Under the pieces are notes generated by a model. It was not told where the DNA came from. It worked only from the letters and a program-made list of their open reading frames with translations, and did not search any database. From Candidatus Heimdallarchaeota archaeon B3_Heim (GTDB lineage: Archaea > Asgardarchaeota > Heimdallarchaeia > Hodarchaeales > Hodarchaeaceae), in NCBI GenBank assembly GCA_003144275.1, contig NJBF01000023.1:1-32000 (forward strand): DNA of 32,000 nucleotides, written 5' to 3'. The position numbers and the translations under genes were made by a program. This document shows, piece by piece, positions 9,686 to 18,897 of the stretch. The number at the start of each line of letters is the position of its first letter. Position 1 is the first letter of the stretch.

Positions 9686-10383
9686 TTCCCAGCTAGAAGG
9701 CGATTAGCGAGTTCCAACGGCAGGTGATGCTTTTTTATCCCAGCAATTGTCTGTGTGGGGTCATATGCTACACGTATAAATTTAGTATTGAAAGACTCCA
9801 TATCAAAAAGAACATATGACGCACGATTATCACCATCACGTGGTTGCCCTACTGATCCGGGGTTCAGAATAATACGGCTGTCCTGTTGTTTTAAGAATGA
9901 GATATGGGTGTGGCCTAAGAATAAGACATCTATTTCAATCAATTCCATAAAATCAAATGTTGATTGGATATCTTCTTCATCTTCTGGATATATATATTGA
10001 TCTAATGGATACTCGGGACCAGCATGAATCATCATTGCTCTGTGATTATCCAGATATAAAGTATACATCAATGGTAATCCATGGAGTAGTTTTCGCTCAT
10101 TTACAGTTAATCCTTGAGTTGCAAGCTCAATTGACGGTAGAGAATCATTACGATAATGTATCGGAATATCTCCTAATGCCGCAGCTTGATCATGATTTCC
10201 TTTGATGACAACTTCGCATCGAGCTAATGCAAGATGAATAGTAGGAATGGGTTCTGTGTAATAACCGACAAGGTCGCCTAAACAATATATCCTGCTTACT
10301 TTATGCTTGTGAATATCTGTAAGAACGGCTTGAAAAGCACTTAAATTTGCATGAATATCCGATATAATAGCAACAGTTGTCAT
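9682..10383 (-). CDS. Calcineurin-like metallophosphoesterase
   Basis: SDIHAN, LGDLVGY, GNHD, HAG, GHTH, NPGSVGQPRDGD. Its stop overlaps the GTPase ATG (ATGA). Confidence 0.93.
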   Translation of the reverse strand: MTTVAIISDIHANLSAFQAVLTDIHKHKVSRIYCLGDLVGYYTEPIPTIHLALARCEVVIKGNHDQAAALGDIPIHYRNDSLPSIELATQGLTVNERKLLHGLPLMYTLYLDNHRAMMIHAGPEYPLDQYIYPEDEEDIQSTFDFMELIEIDVLFLGHTHISFLKQQDSRIILNPGSVGQPRDGDNRASYVLFDMESFNTKFIRVAYDPTQTIAGIKKHHLPLELANRLLAGK

Positions 10384-10520
10384 TCGAACAGCCTTACGTC
10401 ATTATATGTCAAAAAAATCCCCCATGCAGAATATATAACTAATGAGTTTCATATTTAAGAATTTTATTTCTAATTCTGCATAGAACGTTGTTATTATTAA
10501 AGGTAGGATAAGTGCATTAA

Positions 10521-11903
10521 ATGACTGAAATGATAAATCATTACCGTTACACTGTGTTTTTCTTATTTTTAATCCTAAATTTTTACACGTTTGTATTTTC
10601 AGAAGGTCTACCTGCACAATATTCCTTAATAGCAGATGAACGATCGGAAAATCAGGCAGACATCATAGATTCAATCTACAATCGGTATTCCCCAAATGGA
10701 AATATAACAATTTTAGTTGCAGTTGACAGTAATTTAATAGGGACTAATAAGTACTTTTCTGATAAGACAAATGCACAAGCAGTATTTAATGGTTGGCTTG
10801 TTCCTTTCGAAATACGTTTTAATATAAGTTTCCATGTTTTGAATGTTACAACGTTCATTCCAGGTGAAAAAGATTCATTAGATATCAGTATTATTAAAGT
10901 CGCAGAATATTTATCCTGGAATTTCGCTGATACTCAAGATGACCCCTTAGTAGATGGAAATAAGTACGATTTCCTAATAATTTATCAAGAAAAATATGAA
11001 GGGGGCCGCAATCGGGCAAATTCCGTAAATGGCAATGCCTTGATAATAGCTCATGAACAACCTGGCTACCCCTTTTCTATGTGGACTTCAAGGCAATTGA
11101 TTCTCTTACACGAGGTCGGCCATATTTTTGGAGGTGAACATTACGATGAGGGAATTATACCTCCCGAATGGTTTGGTTCCTCAGAATTGAGTATTATGTC
11201 GTATGATAATCTCTCAACCTTGAAATCTGATGGATGGGATCCCGAAGAAATGCCCATTGATGACCACAACTTCGCAATAATTAATTCCTCAAAATATCGA
11301 TTTGATCGCAATGATGCAGATCTCGACTCACTTCCGAATTATTATGAATTCCGGTATGAAATGGATCCTACAAGTGACGATACTTTACAGGATCTTGAGG
11401 ATGATGGGATGACAAATATAGAGGAATATATCTCAGGAACACATCCTAGATTAAGCGATACAGATGGGGATTTGTTTTCAGATTGGGCTGAAAACCTTTT
11501 TGGGTCTTCACCCCTTAACTTATCAGATTTACCAACAATACCCGAGCCTGTAATTTTTCCACAGTCAGAAGATCAATCAATATTTCACGATCAGACAATT
11601 AACATCAAATGGCGAGCGGTGGCCCAGATTAAGGATTCATATTCGATATATACTAATGATTCCCTTATTAAACAAGTAGATTGGGACCAAGAAATCATTC
11701 AATATACATTTGTTCCACAAACAAAAGGTAACTGGGAAATTACCTGTGCTGTAACCGATGACCAGGGACTTAGTGTACAATCAAGCGTATGGATCGAGGT
11801 TATAAATGAAGAAAGCCCTGGAATTATCCCTTTTATCTTCCCCTGGTTTAGCCTATTGTTCTTAATGATTATAATCAAAATTAGAGCAAATAAAAAAATA
11901 TGA
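10521..11903 (+). CDS. Surface-anchored zinc metalloprotease (metzincin) with Asp-rich TSP3-like Ca-binding repeats and a beta-sandwich domain
   Basis: N-terminal signal/TM segment; HEVGHIFGGEH (HEXXHXXGXXH) and Met-turn SIMSY; repeats DADLDSLPNYYE, DLEDDGMTNIEEY, DTDGDLFSDWAE; C-terminal SPG-hydrophobic-KIRANKK anchor. Confidence 0.85.
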   Translation: MTEMINHYRYTVFFLFLILNFYTFVFSEGLPAQYSLIADERSENQADIIDSIYNRYSPNGNITILVAVDSNLIGTNKYFSDKTNAQAVFNGWLVPFEIRFNISFHVLNVTTFIPGEKDSLDISIIKVAEYLSWNFADTQDDPLVDGNKYDFLIIYQEKYEGGRNRANSVNGNALIIAHEQPGYPFSMWTSRQLILLHEVGHIFGGEHYDEGIIPPEWFGSSELSIMSYDNLSTLKSDGWDPEEMPIDDHNFAIINSSKYRFDRNDADLDSLPNYYEFRYEMDPTSDDTLQDLEDDGMTNIEEYISGTHPRLSDTDGDLFSDWAENLFGSSPLNLSDLPTIPEPVIFPQSEDQSIFHDQTINIKWRAVAQIKDSYSIYTNDSLIKQVDWDQEIIQYTFVPQTKGNWEITCAVTDDQGLSVQSSVWIEVINEESPGIIPFIFPWFSLLFLMIIIKIRANKKI

Positions 11904-11925
11904 AATTCTTCCTCAAAGGAATTAC

Positions 11926-12693
11926 TCATTGGGATAGAAAATAGAGCACCTTTAAACGACCATGAAGCTCAGTAAACAAGCTTTTCCAATGTGACCCTAT
12001 TCCAATGAGCGCGAGGAGATAGGAAACTTCTCCAGAATTATCCTCCACTACTCGAAATAAAATATCAAGTAAACCTCCCTTACGTACGTAATCATTAATT
12101 ATGAGTACTCTTTTATTCCTAATCGCAGGCCTTTTTTGATTGAAATATACCGTAGAGACAAGTTCTTGATCTATAAGATAGGGGTATTGGGATATTTGGT
12201 CTGGTCTTGTAGATGGTGGACGATAAGAAACCGTATACCAAGGTATATTTAGTGTCTGGGAAAATCCAATTGCTAAAGGTACTGCTTCTGAATGAGTTAA
12301 AATGACGTCAAATCTATTATACAGGTTTTCTTTATAGCAAACGAAGTAAGCAAGGAAGTTAAGGGTTGATGGTGTACTTAATAGCTCTGTCAAATCCACT
12401 TGAATGGGTTGAGCCTGAATATCTATATAGATTCTAGGTATCAGTAAATCAGGTACTAAGTTAACTTCCTCCAACAGATAGGATTGAAATAAATCCATCT
12501 TTTTACGAGTTAACTTCGTTTCACCTCTTAAATACCGAGTAAACTGCGAATACGATATATTTAGATCTGAGTTATCAATGTAAAATTCTTTAAATGCCAG
12601 ATAAAACTCATTGGTAGATCGGTACTTCTTTAAACTGAGCCGCAGTCCATAAAGTACCTGATACTGATCCCAAAATCGCTTTTCATCTTTCAA
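11926..12693 (-). CDS. HTH plus type I phosphoribosyltransferase-fold protein (PurR-like regulator or PRTase)
   Basis: N-terminal helix ISYSQFTRYLRGE, EAVPLA motif, and PRPP loop VLIINDYVRKGG (ND in place of DD). Confidence 0.72.
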   Translation of the reverse strand: MKDEKRFWDQYQVLYGLRLSLKKYRSTNEFYLAFKEFYIDNSDLNISYSQFTRYLRGETKLTRKKMDLFQSYLLEEVNLVPDLLIPRIYIDIQAQPIQVDLTELLSTPSTLNFLAYFVCYKENLYNRFDVILTHSEAVPLAIGFSQTLNIPWYTVSYRPPSTRPDQISQYPYLIDQELVSTVYFNQKRPAIRNKRVLIINDYVRKGGLLDILFRVVEDNSGEVSYLLALIGIGSHWKSLFTELHGRLKVLYFLSQ

Positions 12694-12751
12694 GTTGATC
12701 CCATTGAAAACTCTTTTATTGTAATTTTTTGCGATAAAACAATTAGTTTGT

Positions 12752-12810
12752 TAGAATCATTGTAGTTTTAAAGCTTTTAAAGCTTTTTTCTTCATGATTC
12801 TACAATATTC
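12752..12810. promoter_or_regulatory. Divergent promoter core flanked by an inverted repeat (candidate operator)
   Basis: TAGAATCAT (12752-12760) and ATGATTCTA (12794-12802) bracket tandem TTTTAAAGC x2 (12766-12783). Confidence 0.5.
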
Positions 12811-12881
12811 GTCACGGAAACATCTTGGTTATGAAGGGAATACTTATCTAAACTAGTTTTGGTAGAAGTGTTCGAGTATCT

Positions 12882-13730
12882 ATGACCATTTTTCAATCAA
12901 CTGAAAAAGATGTGCAAATATCGAGACAAATAGCTCTCATAGCAGCCTTTACTGCAATAGTTTTTCTTTCAACTTCATTATTTTATATACCACTAATTTC
13001 TTCCACAGGTTTTTTTAATTTAGGGGAAGCTTTTATTTATTTAGCCGCTATAATTGGGGGACCCATAGTTGGAGCTATAGCTGGAGGATTAGGAGCAGCA
13101 ATGGCCGATATGGTACTTGGATACGGATATTTTGCCCCTGCGACTTTAGTTCTTAAAGGATTAGAAGGCTTTGCTGTAGGTTTTCTTTTTAGGAAAAGTC
13201 GTAATATTGATCGAAATATTCGCTATATCTTACTTGGTACGATTTCACTGTTTCTAATTGGTTTTTCTGCGTATGTAACCACTCCTGCATTGAATGGAGT
13301 CGAAGGATCATCAATTATTCAAATCACCTTTCGGTTGTTGGACCCTAGTTTAATACCTCAACATCTTCTTGATCCTACCATTGAAGATGTTTACCAGACA
13401 TTAGTAATTGACATTCCTGGAATTTTAATTCTAGCTACCGCCTTATTAATATGTCTAATAATGTGGTTCATCGAATTGAGGATGGGAGAGAAAGGACAGA
13501 TGATTCTTTCTTGCTTATTAGCTGGACCTATTATTGTTGTAGGTTACTTTTTATATGAGATTTTTATTTTGACTCTCTCCCCAGACCCTGCTGTGGCTTT
13601 TCAGTTAGCGGTGACAGAGGTTCCATTTAACATAGCACAAGTAGTATTTGGAACTTCGATTGCTATTCCTATTGTCTCATACCTACAAGAACTTGGTATT
13701 TTACAAGATGAAAGAGTACCTCCTTCATAG
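12882..13730 (+). CDS. ECF transporter S component with an internal insertion
   Basis: IALIAAFTAIVF, GFFNLGEAFIY..AIIGGP..GAIAGGLGAAMAD..LGY..FAP.TLVLKGLEG, and C-terminal EVPFNIAQ. Confidence 0.88.
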   Translation: MTIFQSTEKDVQISRQIALIAAFTAIVFLSTSLFYIPLISSTGFFNLGEAFIYLAAIIGGPIVGAIAGGLGAAMADMVLGYGYFAPATLVLKGLEGFAVGFLFRKSRNIDRNIRYILLGTISLFLIGFSAYVTTPALNGVEGSSIIQITFRLLDPSLIPQHLLDPTIEDVYQTLVIDIPGILILATALLICLIMWFIELRMGEKGQMILSCLLAGPIIVVGYFLYEIFILTLSPDPAVAFQLAVTEVPFNIAQVVFGTSIAIPIVSYLQELGILQDERVPPS

Positions 13731-13770
13731 AAAGAACGAGGACAATAAATGAATAATTTCCATAAGCGTA

Positions 13771-14643
13771 TTGACGGATATGGTCATTTCTTTCCTTTTA
13801 GAATGTATCATTGGAGAACTACTATTGTCTTTAGTTGATATTCGAAATTTATCAGTCTCTTATCAAGAAGAATCTAGCTGGGCTTTAAGAGATATTAATA
13901 TTACAGTAGAGAAAGGTGAACTCATCGTTATTGCTGGTTCTAGCGGATGTGGTAAAAGTACCTTAGCTCAGACAATAGTAGGACTAATTCCTACTTTTGT
14001 TAAGGCGAAAGTAGAAGGAACAATCAAGATCAACGAAACTCTGGTAAATGAACTATCAAGAAAACAACTTGTTAATATCATAGGTTATGTTCCCCAATAT
14101 CCATCCGATTTTACGACATCCCTGTTAGTGGAAGAGGAAGTAGCTTTTTTACTTGAGAATCTGGCCTATCCATCGGAAGAAATTCAAACTCGTATCCCCC
14201 AAGTTTTACACAAACTCAATATTCTTGATCTTCGAAACAAATTGATACCAGAATTAAGTTCAGGCGAGTTGCAGCGAGTAGCAATAGCAACTGTATTGGC
14301 ACACCAACCACAAATACTCATATTAGACGAACCAATGGCTCGTATCGATCCTAAGAGTGAAATCATGTTAGCTGATCTTTTGAAGGATTTATCTGAACAG
14401 GGGCATCTTATTCTTGCATTTGAACATAGATTAGATTATCTCTTGTCTCGAGCTGATCGTCTATTACTTCTAGATAATGGGAAATTGATCGGTGATGGTA
14501 AACCACAGACGCTTTTGGACAAAATAAGGGATATCGACTTACCTGAAGTATCAGAACTTAAGTGGCCGAACATAACACAGAGAAGTTTAACTTTAGAAGA
14601 AGCAAAATCTTCAATACTTGAGATTTTTAGAAAAGAACGATAA
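13771..14643 (+). CDS. ecfA1: ECF transporter ATPase
   Basis: Walker A GSSGCGKST, LSSGELQRVAIA, ILDEP, FEH. The true start is probably a little downstream. Confidence 0.9.
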   Translation: MTDMVISFLLECIIGELLLSLVDIRNLSVSYQEESSWALRDINITVEKGELIVIAGSSGCGKSTLAQTIVGLIPTFVKAKVEGTIKINETLVNELSRKQLVNIIGYVPQYPSDFTTSLLVEEEVAFLLENLAYPSEEIQTRIPQVLHKLNILDLRNKLIPELSSGELQRVAIATVLAHQPQILILDEPMARIDPKSEIMLADLLKDLSEQGHLILAFEHRLDYLLSRADRLLLLDNGKLIGDGKPQTLLDKIRDIDLPEVSELKWPNITQRSLTLEEAKSSILEIFRKER

Positions 14644-14685
14644 TTAACGAATAATGAATGGGATAATATATAGTAAGGGATATTA

Positions 14686-15474
14686 ATGGTTACCGTTAGC
14701 GTAGAAGATTTATGGTTTCGCTATTCTGGATCAAAAGGATATATTCTTAAATCTTTTACACTAAAAAAGGGAACTCCAAGCACTATTGGACTATTGGGCA
14801 TAAATGGTTGTGGGAAAACAACTTTGTTGAAATTATTAGGTGGGATTCTTTCACCTTCCAAAGGAAATATCAGAATAAATTCCGAACTGAGGGAAGGGAT
14901 TAGGGAGCCTAATCGAATTATTTACATTCCTGAAAATGCGAGACTATTTTTGGTTGGGCCAACTCTTCGTAAGGATCTGAATCGTGTTGTAACTGATCTA
15001 GAGCTCGTAAATCTACTAATTGAAAAATATAAATTGGGTTTTTTGGCTGACAAGAAGATTTACAACTTAAGTGAAGGCCAACGAAGACTTTCAGCTCTTT
15101 TTATTGCATTCCAGATTCCGAGTAAGTTAGTATTATTAGATGAACCAACAATAGGTCTTGATCGAAAAGGAAGACAACTTCTATTTCATCTACTTGAAGT
15201 AGCAAAAGAACAAGGAAAAATCGTTTTTGTATCAACTAATGATTCGCGAATCTTCCCAAAGCTAGATGAACTAGTAGTAATTCGCGATGGGCTGTTATTT
15301 CAAAGAGGATCACCAAAACATGTATTATTTATGCTCGAAGATAATTCAGAATTAATTCCAAATCAGATACCTCGGTTGATTCGCTCCCTTGAAGTACAAC
15401 TTAAGCAAAAATTACCACACTGCCTCACTCCAGAAGAAATGAATCACGTTATCGAGGAATGGAGGGTGAAATAA
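14686..15474 (+). CDS. ecfA2: ECF transporter ATPase (second subunit)
   Basis: GINGCGKTT, LSEGQRR, LLDEPTIGLD. The H-switch reads STND. Confidence 0.85.
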   Translation: MVTVSVEDLWFRYSGSKGYILKSFTLKKGTPSTIGLLGINGCGKTTLLKLLGGILSPSKGNIRINSELREGIREPNRIIYIPENARLFLVGPTLRKDLNRVVTDLELVNLLIEKYKLGFLADKKIYNLSEGQRRLSALFIAFQIPSKLVLLDEPTIGLDRKGRQLLFHLLEVAKEQGKIVFVSTNDSRIFPKLDELVVIRDGLLFQRGSPKHVLFMLEDNSELIPNQIPRLIRSLEVQLKQKLPHCLTPEEMNHVIEEWRVK

Positions 15475-16190
15475 TGTCATTTATGCTTAGAAGATTGTAT
15501 AAAGGATTTTCATATCATCCTGATGCGATACACATACATCCTCTAGTTAGTTTGACCATTCTAGGTTTACAATTTCTATTCCTATTAATTGGGAATGATA
15601 TTACAATTTTAATTCCTTTATTAGTTCTTATAGTTATAGAAAATTTGTTTTACGGGAATTTCCATGGGATGATAAGCCTTCTTAGAGCTATGATACCTTT
15701 ACTAGTTTTTCTTGGAATTTTAACCTTTTTATTCGGAGGCTTGATTCTGGCATATCTTCTGATTTTACGTCTGTTGGTTGGAGCGCTTTCCTGTTCGATT
15801 TTTTTTGCTGTAACTAATCCTTCTGATCTAGCACGATTTCTTGAAAAATGCAGAATTCCAACTAAATTAGCTCTAATACCGTCTCTTGCCTTAACAATGG
15901 TTCCTCGAGTAGCAAAAGACGCAGAGGAAACATTTGACACACTTGAATTACGAGGTGAAATTCAAGGATTCTTCCTTAGATGGTTGCCAAAAACTCTAGC
16001 AATTTTTGTCGCCTCAATTTTATACCGATCTGAATTTCTAGCACAATCTCTCTATTTTCGTGGGTTTGGTATTCAAAAAAGAACCTATTATAGAACGGTT
16101 CCCTTCCAACGAATCGATCTCATCAGGAGTACTCTCTGGCTTTTATTTATCCTTCTCCTACCTATATTAAAAACTTTTAAAATTTATTAA
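15459..16190 (+). CDS. ecfT: ECF transporter transmembrane T component
   Basis: TMs, TNPSDL, and two XRG coupling motifs (ELRG, YFRGF). It follows two ATPases and an S unit. Confidence 0.87.
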   Translation: MEGEIMSFMLRRLYKGFSYHPDAIHIHPLVSLTILGLQFLFLLIGNDITILIPLLVLIVIENLFYGNFHGMISLLRAMIPLLVFLGILTFLFGGLILAYLLILRLLVGALSCSIFFAVTNPSDLARFLEKCRIPTKLALIPSLALTMVPRVAKDAEETFDTLELRGEIQGFFLRWLPKTLAIFVASILYRSEFLAQSLYFRGFGIQKRTYYRTVPFQRIDLIRSTLWLLFILLLPILKTFKIY

Positions 16191-16845
16191 CCTGAAGCAC
16201 AACCACTCTTCCTTGATAGATACGAAGATGAGCATATCTACCCATGTTAATAGCCATTACGGGAAAAAGTTTATCAGCAAAGGATTTGCCTAATAATAAA
16301 GACTGAATGATTGTAAACGATCCACCATGTCCAATTAATGCGATTTTATGTGTTTTTCCATCTCTTTTTGAATCTACTAGTTGCGAAAATCCAGAAGATA
16401 CACGTTCCCAAAATAATTGAATACTCTCTCCATTAGGAAAGGTAAAATCCTTGTGTACATTTAACAATCGTGCGACAAGAGGCTCATGCTTTCCTACCTT
16501 ATTCATAGGGAAGAATTTAGGATAAGATGGATCTTCCTTTATTTCTGATTTATATTTTCCAGCCCAATCCCCAAGATCAATTTCTGCTAACCATTCCTGT
16601 TCGCTAAGAGGTGGTTTTATATCAAAAGCATCATAGATATAGGCCGCGGTTTGTTTAGTCCGAATAAAAGGGCTGACAATAAATTCAGAAAATGATTGCG
16701 TATGGAGCTCTTTAGCTGTGAATTTTGCTTGCTTGATACCTATTTCACTCAATGGAGAAGAAGGTGATGTCCAATGTTCTGGAGGATTTTCTGGTTGTGC
16801 ATGTCGAATCAAGAATAGATCTATTTCAAGGTTTTTAAGATTCAA
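16177..16845 (-). CDS. Histidine phosphatase superfamily protein (PGM-like)
   Basis: LIRHAQ, LSEIGIKQA, SPFIRTKQTA, LAEIDLGDWAG, FPNGES, IGHGG. Confidence 0.9.
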   Translation of the reverse strand: MNLKNLEIDLFLIRHAQPENPPEHWTSPSSPLSEIGIKQAKFTAKELHTQSFSEFIVSPFIRTKQTAAYIYDAFDIKPPLSEQEWLAEIDLGDWAGKYKSEIKEDPSYPKFFPMNKVGKHEPLVARLLNVHKDFTFPNGESIQLFWERVSSGFSQLVDSKRDGKTHKIALIGHGGSFTIIQSLLLGKSFADKLFPVMAINMGRYAHLRIYQGRVVVLQVNKF

Positions 16846-16893
16846 TTAGATTCTTTCCGAATAACTGAGGATAGGAAGAGGAAATACCCTTCC

Positions 16894-18000
16894 TTATAGA
16901 TTTTTCGCTTGTCCGTAGCTATTGAAAGCTTTCAAGAACATCAATGCACTTGTATAAGCCGCTGATGCTAAAGCATGCTCAGTGCTCGCATCAACATCAT
17001 ATAGTTCATCAAAATGTTCTACTATGGCAAGCTTACTATATTTCAAAAAAGTTTCATTTACAGGAACACCTGTTTTATGATAATTCTCACTGGTCCATTT
17101 GAAAATGGTTTCAAACAGCTCTGGTTCAAAGATTTTAAGAACATCCCATGCAACAGTCATCCAATTTGTTCCCACATTTCCTTTGCCAATTACATCTTTA
17201 GGAAATCTCTTAGCAATGATATCGAGTGGAGTACCAGTGATTCCATGTTGAGCGATTTTCACACCAAAAGGTTTGATGGCTTGGCCGATATCTGATGTCA
17301 GTTGAATGTCAATCCCTTCCTGTCGTATTGGATTACCACGTTCATCATATTGAAATCCATGAACAGAACCATTTGCGATTGCAAGAAAATGAGGGTGGAC
17401 ATCTTGTTCTTTCAATGACTCAATGAAGGTTGTTGCCTCACTTACTGTAGTCATTACTAGCCCTGTTTTTGGGTCTTTTTTTCCTATCTCTCCAACCTCT
17501 ACCTCTAATCCAAATTTTTTATGCCCCAGTTTGTCCTCAATGAAATGAGTCACTTCAGTGGTTGCTTTGATGTTCCCTGCTAACCGTTCCTTATCATTGG
17601 TTCCTGATTCATCATATAAGAAGCTTGCATCAATGGCAAAAGAGGTATACCCCGCTTCAATTTGAGCTGTGATTAATTCTTTCACTCCAGGAATATCCTC
17701 AGGTTTTCCTACCTTGATATGATCCCCGTGGATAACATAATTAGAGTATTGGACTTCTGTGGCTACACCTCTCACAAATTTTCCATATTTTGCTGGAGTA
17801 AGTCCTGTGTATCCTCCTTTTAGATCTGATTCCGATTTAGCTAATTCAAAAGCTATTGGTGAATCTGTATCCTTTGCAGCTTGTAAAATTCCTTTTACCA
17901 CTCCCTTACCTATTCGTGTATTACACGCCATAATAATACTCTTTGTAGGATGAAGCTTTTCGTAAAAAGGCTTTCCCCACATTGGTTTATAATCAGACAT
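16894..18000 (-). CDS. fba: Class II (metal-dependent) fructose-bisphosphate aldolase
   Basis: IHGDH, SFAIDAS, EVEVGEIG, LAIANGSVHG, AQHGITG, KGNVGT. Confidence 0.88.
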   Translation of the reverse strand: MSDYKPMWGKPFYEKLHPTKSIIMACNTRIGKGVVKGILQAAKDTDSPIAFELAKSESDLKGGYTGLTPAKYGKFVRGVATEVQYSNYVIHGDHIKVGKPEDIPGVKELITAQIEAGYTSFAIDASFLYDESGTNDKERLAGNIKATTEVTHFIEDKLGHKKFGLEVEVGEIGKKDPKTGLVMTTVSEATTFIESLKEQDVHPHFLAIANGSVHGFQYDERGNPIRQEGIDIQLTSDIGQAIKPFGVKIAQHGITGTPLDIIAKRFPKDVIGKGNVGTNWMTVAWDVLKIFEPELFETIFKWTSENYHKTGVPVNETFLKYSKLAIVEHFDELYDVDASTEHALASAAYTSALMFLKAFNSYGQAKNL

Positions 18001-18282
18001 TATTTTAACTCCGCAGAATAATTGTATTTAGATAATTAGATCTATTTACTGAAACATTTAAAACTTGGCTAGTTAATCAAACTTATAAAGGTACTAGTCT
18101 ATTATACTCTGGGGATAGGTATTATTTTACTCTTATTTCTGGAATATTAAGAGTGGTTAGAGTGCGTGCATTTTACCTACCCCCTCAATCTCTTAGATAC
18201 GGTCTTTTTAAGATTTTTTAAAAACTAGGTTACTTGTTTTTATATGTAAAGTTTAGGGCTTTGCTGGGGGAAAAGGGAAAAT

Positions 18283-18333
18283 AGTCAAGTCAAGTCGAAA
18301 AGCTAACATCATCAACTCAACTCAACTCAACTC
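18283..18333 (+). repeat. Two pentamer microsatellites
   Basis: (AGTCA)2 AGTC at 18283-18296 and (TCAAC)4 TC at 18312-18333, ending 12 nt before the TTG at 18346. Confidence 0.85.
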
Positions 18334-18345
18334 TATATTATCCGA

Positions 18346-18897
18346 TTGAACCAGTCTCCTACTTTTGATTTCTGGAGGATTAGCTTAAATAAAGAAAAGA
18401 TAACTGTTATTTCTAAAAATCCTCAATTTGTGGGGAAAGTGATTGATGTGCAAACAGAACGAAGACAAGGCATGTCAGATAAAGAAATGTTTGAATTTCT
18501 TTCAAAAGAAGAATTAGGCACAGTTGCAACTAGAACTAATTTAGTTAAACGATTAGAACAGTGGGGCTTTCTTCTTAAATCTCCAAAAGGAGAATACAAG
18601 CTTGATGATAGAATGAAAGTAATGACCATAGCGGTTGATAATGTTGATCCATCGTTAACATCAGGGGAATTCTCAAAATGGCTTAAAGAAAAACGGGTTG
18701 TTGTTGAAAAAGATCCTATACAATATAATCCACAAAAATCACTCTTGTATAATCGTTTAGCGTTAATTGTCAGTGATTTAACCGATGACAGAGTAATTCA
18801 AAGCACAGAACAAAAGTTTCAAAATATCTCCATGAGAACTCAACTAGATACTTTCTTAAGAAATGATCTCCAGGATGACATGGTGCAAATTGAATGA
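18346..18897 (+). CDS. Stand-alone protein resembling the C-terminal core segment of type IA topoisomerases (no TOPRIM, no catalytic-Tyr region)
   Basis: MSDKEMFEFLSKEELGTVATRTNLVKRLEQWGFL matches the Topo IA/III pattern E..L...M...GLGT.ATR..II..L..RG(F/Y), and VDPSLTSGEFSKWLKEK resembles the following P.LT.PE.TA.WE..L segment. Matched from memory, not by search. Confidence 0.6.
   Translation: MNQSPTFDFWRISLNKEKITVISKNPQFVGKVIDVQTERRQGMSDKEMFEFLSKEELGTVATRTNLVKRLEQWGFLLKSPKGEYKLDDRMKVMTIAVDNVDPSLTSGEFSKWLKEKRVVVEKDPIQYNPQKSLLYNRLALIVSDLTDDRVIQSTEQKFQNISMRTQLDTFLRNDLQDDMVQIE

Noticed and set aside
14686-15474. EcfA2 as a dead ATPase (LSEGQ signature, STND H-switch)
   Set aside because: Walker A and B are intact and single degenerate positions are common in heterodimeric ABC ATPases, so this is not enough for a separate claim.
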